Positions 11,808-22,188 of a stretch of DNA of 64,000 nt are shown here, piece by piece. The translations under genes were made by a program, and so were the position numbers. Every line of letters starts with the position of its first letter. Within the stretch, counting starts at the first letter, position 1. The notes under the pieces are model-generated. The model was not told the origin of the DNA, ran no database searches, and was given only the letters and a program-made list of their open reading frames with translations. The DNA comes from Macrostomum lignano. Taxonomy: Eukaryota. The DNA is taken from NCBI GenBank assembly GCA_002269645.1, contig NIVC01000511.1, positions 156,023 to 220,022 on the forward strand. Reading direction: 5' to 3'.

Positions 11808-13304
11808 TCAGGCCTGCTTCTCTCCGCCGCCTCCGCCGCCAGTCTTAGCAAAGCCGGCATAGTTTCCTGTAGTGAGCAGCCGGTTGAGCCGGTCCACCTC
11901 GTCCAGGGTGTTTGCCCGCCGGATCGCCTCGCGCACAGCCAGCAGGTCAGCGGAAGTCGGGCCGCCGGCTGCCGAGACAGGCGCCGACGCAGCGGCAGCA
12001 GCCGCCGGCACTGGCGCTCCGGGCGTGAAAGTCTTGGCAGGCTTGGACTTCAAGTTTGCCGCCGATTTATCGGCGACATCCCCGACGCCACCGGAGGTAA
12101 ACAGCGCGGCCGCTTGTCGACGTTCGGCGTCGGTGATGCGTCGAAAGTCGAGGAAGCGCAGACTGGGCAGCTTGTGCACCACGTGTAGGCGGTAGTTGCG
12201 CCGGCTGCAGACGGGGTTCTTCAGCAGGGACAGGAAGCGCAGCCGCTTCAGGGCGGTCAGGGGCTCCAAGTCCGCCAGCTCCTGCAGGCAGTTGTTGGTC
12301 AGCAGGAGGGTCGACAGGCGCGGCAGGCTGCTTGAAAGGCCGTCGCCAATGCGCATCACCTTGTTATTGTTCAGCATCAGGTTTGCCAGCCGGGGCAGGT
12401 GGGGGAAGCCGTCCAGCTTGCGGATCTGCCGATTCGTGGGGAAGAATGCGTTTGATAGGGCAGTAAGAATGGCAGTTTGTTAGGTGAAGAATGGTAGTTT
12501 GTTAGGGGAAGAATGGCAGTTTGTTAGGGGAAGAATGGCAGTTTGTTGAAGGAAGAATAGCAGTTTGTTAGAGAAAGAATGGCAGTTTGTTGAAGGAAGA
12601 ATGACAGTTTGTTAGAGGAAGAATGGCAGTTTGTTGAAGGAAGAATGGCAGTTTGTTAGAGAAAGAATGGCAGTTTGTTAGAGAAAGAATGGCAGTTTGT
12701 TGAAGGAAGAATGACAGTTTGTTAGAGGAAGAATGGCAGTTTGTTGAAGGAAGAATGGCAGTTGTTAGGGAAAGAATGGCAGTTTGTTAGGGAAAGAATG
12801 GCAGTTTGTTTGAGGAAGAATGGCAGTTTGTTAGGGAAAGAATAGCAGTTTGTTTGAGGAAGAATGGCAGTTTGTTAGGGAAAGAATAGCAGTTTGTTTA
12901 AGGAAGAATGGCAGTTTGTTAGGGAAAAAGTAGCAGTTTGTTAGGGAAAGAGTAGCAGTTTGTTAGAGTAAGAATGGCAGTTTGTTAGAGGAAGAGTCTG
13001 CCTCTCCGTTCCGGCAGTTTGTTAAGAGGAAGAGAAAGTGAGATTGGAGAGTACATGCATATCAGCTAGGCGAAACAACGAACAGAGAGTGATGCATCAA
13101 GCTGAGAGTACATCAATGATAGTGTTGCAATGGAAGCATTATATATACCTCATTATCTGTGAGGTCGATGGTATCAAACTGGTCCAGAGTAGCGCTGAGA
13201 TTCTCTAACAAAGCCACCTTGTATCCTCGCAGATCCAGTTCGCGGTCACCCAGAGGATTAGTGGTCTGCACCGAGTTCTGTATAAGCTCGGGCGTCAGCT
13301 TCAT
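11808..13304 (-). CDS. SNRPA1: U2 snRNP protein A' (LRR protein), 257 aa; exons 13304-13149, 12425-11808
   Basis: MKLTPELIQ...RELDLRGYK...ATLDQFDTIDLTDNE|IRKLDGFP, LRRs and LRRcap YRLHVVHKLPSLRFLDFRRI, C-terminal IRRANTLDEVDRLNRLLTTG; phase-0 GT-AG intron. Confidence 0.96.
12460..13030. repeat. 21-22 bp minisatellite (GAAGAATGGCAGTTTGTTAGGG)n filling the SNRPA1 intron
   Basis: Direct tandem copies starting about 35 nt from the acceptor. Confidence 0.95.
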
Positions 13305-13444
13305 GCTTGTTGGCAATGCAATCAGTGGACAAATCAATGAGCTGCAATCAGGAAATAATAGATTTAATAATTTAGCACAAGCATCCACTAGTTGTTATTT
13401 CGTCTAAATTCCTCCTTAAGTCTGGCTACTTCCCCAGTTCCCTT

Positions 13445-13975
13445 CGCTGCCTCTCCGCTCCCTCAGTCCTTGAATCTGCCTCTCCGCTCCCTCAGTCCTT
13501 GAACCTGCCTCTCCGCTCCCTCAGTCCTTGAATCTGCCTCTCCGCTCCCCCAGTCCTTGAATCTGCCTCTCCGCTCTCTCAGTCCTTGAATCTGCCTCTC
13601 CGCTCCCTCAGTCCTTGAATCTGCCTCTCCGCTCCCTCAGTCCTTGAATCTGACTCTCCGCTCCCTCAGTCCTTAAATCTGCCTCTCCGCTCCCTCAGTC
13701 CTTGAATCTGCCTCTCCGCTCCCTCAGTCCTTGAATCTGCCTCTCCGCTCCCTCAGTGTCCTTGGATCTGCCTCTCCGCTCCCTCAGTCCTTGAATCTGC
13801 CTCTCCACTCCCTCAGTGTCCTTGAATCTGCCTCTCCGCTCCCTCAGTCCTTGAATCTGCCTCTCCGCTCCCTCAGTCTTTGAATCTGCCTCTCCGCTTC
13901 CTCAGTCCTTGAATCTGCCTCTCCGCTCCCTCAGTGTCCTTGAATCTGCCTCTCCGCTCCCTAAGTCTTTGAATC
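13445..13975. repeat. 29-bp minisatellite (GAATCTGCCTCTCCGCTCCCTCAGTCCTT)n between ceramidase B and SNRPA1
   Basis: Direct tandem copies; occupies more than half of the intergenic gap. Confidence 0.95.
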
Positions 13976-14250
13976 AGCTTCCAAGTATTCAAAAATCAGG
14001 AACAACAAATTAGTTTATTATAGTGCCAAGCAAAGCTTCAATTGAGCTTACAAAATATTATATTTTTTAAAACCGATCAAAGACAACTGACTATTGCGAA
14101 AGATAAAAATATTGTAAAAGTGCATTAAAAACTCTGAATGCAGGAAGTTAGTGAAAATGGAATTTAAAAAACAAAATTGAAAGCCATGCACCAAAGCAGT
14201 TAAAATCTGCTTTATAAAACAAGCACAAATTGAGTCAGTTTAATGCCAAT

Positions 14251-17200
14251 CTACCAAATCGGACACGGGTCCTTGCAGGTCTGGCGGTAGCTGTGATACT
14301 CTCCCGTGTCCACCCGCATCAGAGCCGTGTAAGTTGTGAGCTTGTTGAGCACAGGAATCGAGCTCAGCACATTGAAGATCTCCTTGAACCCCATTCTAGC
14401 CTGACCCTTGGCCATCATGCACTTGTTGCCGGGGGTTCGCCTGTCGTCAAGCACAAACGGTGGCTTCCAGTGATCGTAGTTGGTCTGCAGCAGGTACCAG
14501 GTGTGGTTGGCGGCCGCCGAGCGCTCCCACACGTCGATGGCGGCATCTCGGGACCGGGTGATGACGCAGCCCTGCGCCAGTGCAGCCGGGAGGAGATTAG
14601 AATCATTTGATTGGTAGTAGATTTGGCTTGTCGGACAGTGTAATCTCGAGACTTTTAATTTTCGAATATCAAATATTTATAAAAATCTAAAGTTTAGACT
14701 TCAGGATTCTTAGACTCGATCTAATCTGCAGGGGTTGTGTGAGCAATTATAAAGTTCTATCTAACCTATGTAAAGCCGCAGCGACACTAGGGCGGTGACC
14801 ATGGCCCTCCCGGGTCATGGCTGTTTTGCAAGTCATCGTCACCTGCAGGGAAAAATCCGCAGTGAGGAATGTCCATTCTGCCTCTTAGGTGTTGAGAATG
14901 CGGAGTCCCGTCTTTACCCAGGACAGGCTCATCTACCTCGGCACAAACTCGGACCTCTTCGACGTTTTCAGGCCCGAGAATGTCTGCCAACTCGTCCGCT
15001 ACTTAAAAGCTACCGGGCGAGTGACCATCCACCTCCTGGACTCCCCGGAGGGGGACCGCGCTGCGGACACGGCAACACCAGCTGCCTGTGCTTGACGGGG
15101 TGTATCCGGGGCTTTCCCTGTTGTATCCGGATGCTCGGACCCCCCCCCTCTGCAGCTGAGTCAACCTAGCAGTGCATAGAGCCCCTTGGAAGCCTAGCTA
15201 GCCTTATCTGACAATAAAGTCACTAATAAAATCTGATACTCTTTCGATTATTCTAATTTTAGTAACTCACGAACCTGCATAGTGCTGTTGCCACCCAAGA
15301 TGAAGTAAGCCGGTGCCAGCATCTTGGTGCCCGTCAGCATCTGCTTGGCCTGGGCGTAGCTGTCGGCCGTCTCCATGACTCTGCGAGTCAGGAAGCCCAT
15401 CCAGATGGCGTCCCGCTTGCCCAGAATCCATTCGATGATGCCGGCAGTCGAGCTGCCATCGAGACTATTTCGAGAATTCACGGTGAGGCTGAACCTTCCC
15501 GGCTTCAGGGCGGTCAGAATGCCAACATAGCCGGCAAAGTGGGTGGACATGAACACCGTCTGGCCGGACTTCTTGAACCGGATGTTCACAATGGTTGGCC
15601 GAAGGTACTCGGTGACGAGCCAAGTCTTTTTGGCTTTGTCCCAGCCAAAGAAGAGACCGAAATCCAGATTGCGAGCGTGGTAAAGGACTCCCTGACAAGA
15701 TGGAAACGATGATCAATAACGAGTGCATGGTATAAGAATGAGAATTAATAATAAAAATACGCACAAAAAAGCTCCCGATCAGTTGTGGGAGGGAGGGGTA
15801 GCCGTTTTTTCGGGCCGCACTTTTTTGCTTCCTTGGCCTTTGTCGTCTCCAACAACAGTTGCTCTGCTTCAGCTTCTCCCTAATCTGCTCGGGCGTCTAC
15901 TGAACCAACTTCTCCAAGTCGGTGTATTTCTTGCTGGCTCTACTTTCATTTTGGATATCTGACGTGACTCTTCTCCAGCTTCTCCCTCTTCTTACGTTAT
16001 TATCATCTTTCGTCCTCCAGCTGCCAGCGGCATACAGCATAGGCACTGGCGCACAAATTCTTTGAGTCTGGTGAGACCTACAGACTGGCAGCAGCCCAAC
16101 CTTTAGCCACCAGACACGATTGTGATACAACAAGTGCCCTGATGGTCAGCGATCCAAGGCTGCAAGGCTGTCTTCCTCACGACTTCGTCAATAGAGAATA
16201 AGAATTAGTGAGGAAAAATCAGGCCCATTAGCTACACATAAATTCGGGCCACCCTTAAAAAAATCGGGCATTCGGGCCATTTCCGTCAATTGCGTCACCC
16301 CAGAGTTGTTGCAGATAACACAGGTAAAATACGAAAGAAGTGACTCTAGACGAGTCCGAAACGACGAGATGTCACGGAACGGCGCAAGTTACCAAAAAGG
16401 ATGGCCTAAGAGTCAATTTGAGATGCTTTATTGTCTGCGACTCTGAAACTACTCTGAGACGCTTCTATAATGACTCTGGGGCCATAGAGTATCGTTTTCA
16501 ATGGGTCTTAGAATTGAGAAGTCTCAGCAAGTCGATGCGGCGCACGCTGGCCTGCTGCGCGCCGCCTTCAACATCGGCGTCGAGCGAGTCACCAACGCGG
16601 CACTCTATCGCCGCACTGGCCTGCCACGTCCAAGTGATCTACTGCGCCGTCGGCGATTCCAGCTCGCAGGCCATCTCATCCGTGCCGAGTCGTACTGCCC
16701 ACAGCCGGTGCAGGTGCTGCTGTTCACGCTGCAGGCACCCTACCGGCGAGGTCAAGCGCGAACTCGGCGTTATGTCGACTGTCTGCTGGCTGACGCCGGC
16801 GCCCCGGACACTGCCGGTGGCGCGGCCTTTGTTCGCGCCCAAGCCATGAAGCGCGCCCTGCGACGCTGACTTTTGCCATCCTGACAGCGTATTTTGTTGT
16901 TTTTGTTGTGTTGTCAGACTTGAGCAGAAAGTCTCACTAAGAAGATAGTAAATATTATATCTACCTTGGAATCCTCAGCCAACACAGACGTGCACAGGTT
17001 AGTGGCTTCGTAGAAGATATTGTAAAGCAAAATCTCGCCCAATGGAATGCCAGTCACTGTGCTAATGCCAACCATTTCGTCCTGGTAGGGCTGCGGCACA
17101 GTGGGCGCAATAAGAGTCAGAGACCGCGCAACAAGGTTAAAGTACACACTCGAGCCGGTCAGTTGCCGAATGAAATTTTTAAACTGCAACAGTAGGTCGC

Positions 17201-17399
17201 GTATCTGGGATTGACGGCGCGCTACCACATGGCGCCAGCGAATAATTGGAGCTTCGTCTAAGCTGACATCAAACCACTCCACCTCTGAGCTGCTTGGGGG
17301 TGGGTAGGTATCGGAACGGCACTCTTGCGTGAACTGGGCTGGCACAAATGCCGAACAGAACAGAGCACAAAGCAGCATTAACCAAGATTCACTGCGCAT
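14251..17399 (-). CDS. ASAH1: Acid ceramidase, divergent copy B, 390 aa; exons 17399-16965, 15691-15275, 14571-14251
   Basis: Same three-exon structure and phases as copy A; signal peptide, [14 protein letters not shown] nucleophile motif, [13 protein letters not shown] and DDRR; open frame across all exons. Confidence 0.92.
14789..15170 (+). mobile_element. 5'-truncated non-LTR retrotransposon, C-terminal cysteine-knuckle region (I/R1-like group), in ceramidase B intron 2
   Basis: [34 protein letters not shown] then a frameshift to ...[17 protein letters not shown]; fits the LTGHG..F..H..G..CxxC..E..H and terminal FLxxTGR patterns of ORF2 ends. Confidence 0.7.
16295..16503 (-). mobile_element. 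Internally deleted copy of the MITE found at 24911-25311
   Basis: Reverse complement carries the CCCATTGAAAA terminus and shares GGCCCCAGAGTC, CAGAGTCGCAGACAATAAA, CCGTGACATCT and GTCTAGAGTCACTTC with 25100-25260. Confidence 0.7.
16510..16912 (+). mobile_element. 5'-truncated RTE-clade LINE 3' end in ceramidase B intron 1
   Basis: ORF 16501..16869 has LLRAAFNI...[32 protein letters not shown]...[14 protein letters not shown], typical of the RTE ORF C-terminus, then a short 3'UTR and a (TTG)-like tail. Confidence 0.8.
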
Positions 17400-17939
17400 C
17401 TGGAAGCATGAGCCAGCAAAATGCTATTAATCTTGCTCTACTCAATTGAAGTTTAAATAAAATGTTCTAGATAATGATTGCTAGTTTGTAAAGAAGCCAA
17501 TAGCTTGTGTCTATGCAGTATTGAAATTTATATTTCTATAAACTTGATTTTGCTTTTACTAACCTAAAGGAGAATAATCCTTTACAAGGCTTACCTATGC
17601 AATAAGGTCGATAATGCAGAAAATTCAAGATTAATCAAGCATACAAAGCATTGGCTAGTGTATACTAGCATACAAAATTTATCTCAAAGCTACATTCTGG
17701 CATATACTAGTATACACAGGCATATACTAAGCTTTCATAGACTTTTTGATGTTGGTATTTATTAAAAAAGCAGAAAAGTATCCTTACCCCCTCCTCCAAG
17801 ATAGCAAACATATACCCAAATACAAAAGTAAGTACCCCCCCCAAATACAATAGCAAAATCCCCAAAATACAATGGCAAGCATCCCCCAGATAGTATACTC
17901 CAAGATGGCATGCATACATGCAAAACTTTAGGAATCACC

Positions 17940-18055
17940 TGGCCGTTTCTATTGGCAACACATACATGTAAGTCGCTATTGGCTGAGAGCAGTCACGTGA
18001 TTACTATTCTGTCCAATAGCAACTTACATGTGTATGTTGCCAATTGAAACGGCCA
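17940..18055. other. 116-bp imperfect palindrome (43-bp arms, about 30-nt loop containing TCACGTGA); probable miniature inverted-repeat element
   Basis: TGGCCGTTTCTATTGGCAACACATACATGTAAGTCGCTATTGG pairs with CCAATAGCAACTTACATGTGTATGTTGCCAATTGAAACGGCCA with 4 mismatches. Confidence 0.8.
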
Positions 18056-19900
18056 AATGAATCCCAAGGTTGTGCCCAAGCATGATGGCATGTACCCCCT
18101 CCTAAGAGCCAGCCTTTCGCTTTCCCAATATCAGGCATCCCCTGATCATCTAGTGCAATAATTGATGCACCATCAAATTCAATAATCTTTTTACTCATCT
18201 AGTAAAATAATCCTTTACACATCAAATGCAATAATAATTGTCTTATCAAGTGCAATAATCCTTGGCTTATCAAGTGCAATAATCATTGGCTTATAAAGTA
18301 CAATAAACATTGGTTTATCAAGTGCAGTTGTTAAATTTGATTAGCAGATTATCACATTACTTGTTGTCGATAGTATTCCAAAAGATTGCCTTCTCTTCTC
18401 TCCTAAATAACAATAAAAAAATCTTTGGCCTATCATATTTCATTGATACAGGCCTAGACAAAGCATAGGCCTAATTTAAAAGTTCTAGGCCTACCAATTT
18501 ATACAAAGATGAAGAGACTTTTTTGTCTTAAGTTGTATGTATTATAGGGGCCTACATTTTATGATTTTAAATTATTTAGTTTAATAATAATTAAACAATT
18601 ATACATATAATGTATAAAATTAAATTTAACAGTTTATAATATTTCAAAATTCAATTAATATAGGCCTATCAATTTTTTTCAAAACAAAAAAATTCAATAT
18701 AGGCCTATCAATTTTTTTCAAAACAAAAAATTCAATATAGGCCTAGTAGCACTTTAAGACCTTGTTGAACTTTAGTAAAATCCTTAAATCAATCTTTATT
18801 GATTCTTTACAATCTTTACTTCCAATTATCCACAAAACTAGGCCTAAAATGGGAGTTTGGAGTCATTTGTATTCTCTATACAAGGCTGGTGCATGCGTGC
18901 GCAAATGTTTTCAATACAACAAAATAAAGCTACATGCAGCGCTGCATTCATTACTGGTCTGTAAGGCCGTGTTTTCCGAGGATAGAATGGCCTCACGAGT
19001 GGGACACAGCTACTTTATATATATTTTAGATAAAATTGGCATTCAAATTTTTACCTTATTTAATAATCTAACGTATCTAATTGAACCAAATTAATACTTA
19101 AAGTTATATTAAAACTTGTTTTACGTGTATCTCAATAATGAAATTTTGAAATCATTTTGTTGTAAAGCGAGCGTACAACAGATGACAGTAGGCTTACAGT
19201 ACAACAGTCAGTACTAAATTATCAAATGCTAGCTGTTCTTTGCTTAACGCACGCTTCTCTGCGTGCGTGCGTGCTCTGGTATTGTTCTTTGCCCGCCTTA
19301 AAGACAATCCCTTAGCTACTGCGATTCTGCGAAAACTAAGCTATGACATGCTAAAATAAGTTATTTCTCGTCATAGATAGGCCTATTAATCAAATATACG
19401 GCTTCGAGCAGTTGGCAAATTAGATTCAGATATGCTAGGCCTCCTTTAGATAGGGTGTGTTGTTTCGTCTAATGACTTTTTGTCTAATCCTTTATTTCCT
19501 TTAGATAGTAATACCAATAAAACCTTCGTATTGTCTTGATAAGCCTCAGAAGGTCTAAATTTTTTAATAACGAAAATCGACCAAAAGAAACTAGGATATT
19601 TGTCACAGCTGACAAGAAGTACTAGGCCTAGGCCTAATAGAATTTGGACAAAGTTTACAATGTGCAAGCCACACAAAACAAACATATGTGACATTTACAG
19701 ATCAGTTGTTTAGGCCTAGTAATAGTATTACTTCTAGTTCTTAGGGCCTACTTTTATTTTTATCCAGCTCTTAAGTTAGGCCTACCCCATTATTTCATGG
19801 CAATTTCTTTTTCGAACAGAGTATTTATTTTACTTTTTAAAATTGGGTTCCAAATTTAAAAAAACTATTTCACATAATTACAAGGGTTGCTTAATAAATT

Positions 19901-21042
19901 GGCAGTGCTTATTTAGCCAGCACCAGTCAAATAAGCGCGTCACTATTTAGCCGGCAGTCCTGCCCCACTGCCAGTCAAATAATCCTGTCACTATTTAGCT
20001 GGCAGTCTTGCCCCACTGCCGGTCAAATAAGCACGTCACTATTTAGCTGGCAGTCCTGTCCCACTGCCGGTCAAATAAGCTCGTCACTATTTAGCCGGCA
20101 ATCTTGGCTAACACCACATTTCCCCTATTGCAGCCAAGGTCTGAACCGCGCCGGACGCCCCCCTTTCCCGCGCCAGACATCTACCCGTACTGCGCCAGGG
20201 CCAGTCCCCAGGATCAGTGATTTGGTTCAATTAGTCAGTCAATGGCTCGCCGCGCGCTGCGCGCCGCCGCCACACACCACGCCACCGCGCGCCGCCGCAC
20301 GCGCCGCGCCGCCGCCGCGCGCCGCGCCGCCACCAGTCCAATCCGCGCCGGACGCCGTCCACGAAAATGGCCATTGGCTGCAATAGGGCACATTTCCTGT
20401 TGACCTGCGCCAAGGGATTTGGTGTTAGGTTCTTCCCTGTTCACTCACTATTACTAGAGGAATTCCCCAATGGCATGCTAGTCAAAATACATTTATATAT
20501 ATTTATATATACGCACTGCTTGCTTGTCATGACCTTAAATTAATAATTTAACATACTACAAGCTAATTATTTATATTACAATTTTGGAGTTTTTTGATAA
20601 AGGTGTTTGTAGTGGTTTTTGGCTTTAATGAGTGGTTTTGATTTAGAGATTAAAGTGAAAGTAAAATATGCATAATTAATTTTTAATTTGTTTATATGTT
20701 TTCTGCTGCTACAAATAATTTTCGGAATATGCAAGACTTCCAGAAACAATTAAACAAACTTAAAGGCAAATAATAAATTGTACTGAATCTACATTGATTT
20801 ATATTCACTATACCTACTTTGTATTGCCCAAAGTTTAAATATCTTAAATAAATATATATAATGGCGTGGCCATTAGGGGCCAGGATTGCTGGCTAAATAG
20901 TGACGAGCTTATTTGACCAGCAGTGGGGCAGGATTGCTGGCTAAATAAATAGTGACAAGCTTATTTTACTGGCAGTGGGGCAGGACTGCCAGCTAAATAG
21001 TAGCAAACTTATTTGGCCAGTGCCAGCTAAATAAGCACTGCC
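19901..21042. mobile_element. Foldback-type non-autonomous element with long modular inverted arms and a GC-rich core
   Basis: Arms about 19901-20108 and 20876-21042 are reverse complements beginning GGCAGTGCTTATTTAGC and built of CACTATTTAGCYGGCAG/CCCCACTGCC/TCAAATAAG modules. Confidence 0.75.
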
Positions 21043-21047
21043 TAATC

Positions 21048-21886
21048 AGTTTGTGGAAAATCTAACTTTCTTTTGTACAAATAAAATAATATTTTATTTG
21101 GCATTTCTTTTTATATAGAAATTGACATCTTTTATGTCAATTTTCAGCCTCTAACTAAAATGCTAAAATGCAATGGTCAAAAAAGTGATATGACTCTAGA
21201 CCTTGCCTTGCAATTGACAATGTTCAATGTGACAGACAAGTTGCAATCCTTGTTCAATTTTAGGATTGCTTTGGATAGGCAGTAGGCAGTGGATTGCTTT
21301 TGAAGAGGATTCCTCTATCAAATTCCTATGTGAGAGAAGTATTGGCAAGGTCATAACAGTAGTCTTCTTCTGGTAGTATGATATCCTGCTGCCTATTCTA
21401 CTCAAAGAAAGTGCCACAGTGACTGGTCATTTGTACTGAAGTGTTTGCTTGCCCTAGGTGCTGCAGTTCCTCAATCAAGAGTGGCCAAATAGTAGATACC
21501 ATGCCATTTTCCTGTACCATAACAATGTTCTAGCTTACCAAGCCAGGGTGACATAGGAGTTTCTGGTATCAACTCAACTGAGTCTGCTGCCATACCCAGC
21601 CTATTTGCCCAACCTTGCTCCAGCTGACTTCTTCTTTCCAAAGATCAAGAACAATCTCAAGGGAAAGTGCTTTGACTCACGCAAGGAGCTTGGAGAGGCC
21701 TTGAAAGCAAAGCTGGAAGCTGTCACTTAGGTGGAATTAAGGGACTGTTTTGTAGCATGGTTCTATAGGATGGAGAAATGCATCAATCTATCTAGAAACT
21801 ATGTTGAAAAGTCTCATTAAGTGGGGATAAATGCAAGTAATTTTTTTAAGTGGAAGCATATTCAGAAGTGTCTTTTTCCACAAACT
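21048..21886 (+). mobile_element. Degenerate mariner element with both TIR remnants
   Basis: AGTTTGTGGAAAA (21048-21060) and TTTTCCACAAACT (21874-21886) are inverted. Interior translates with stops as KVITVVFFW...FLYHNN...PYPAYLPNLAPADFFFPKIKNNLKGKCF...RMEKCINLSRNYVEK (degenerate HDNA, YSPDLAP and KCI..G.YVEK motifs). Confidence 0.85.
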
Positions 21887-22188
21887 TATTTATTAAGCAG
21901 CCCTTGTACTTCATGTGCATGTCATCATGGTTGTCAATTTGTTGTTACATTTGTTACATCAAGCAGACCAGTGCATGGGTTCTCCATAGCCAATCCACTG
22001 CTTGCCAAAGATGTCATTTAGCTATTCATTGTCTTAGGCTTAAGTAGTTTGTAAAAATGGATAGTAAGTTCTTTTTATAGGAGTTATGTTCATTATCCAA
22101 CCTTTTTCAGCCCAATCTGGCCGATTCAGCTATAGCATTTCATGCCTAAGCCAAGGTGCATTGATAGTAAGAATTTATTCAATCTAGC

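Noticed and set aside
13305-13388. Longer SNRPA1 N-terminus from ORF 13113..13388 (and 45396 for the GluN3-like gene)
   Set aside because: U2A' homology starts at MKLTPEL, and the GluN3-like signal peptide fits Met 45312; both extensions cross probable acceptors.
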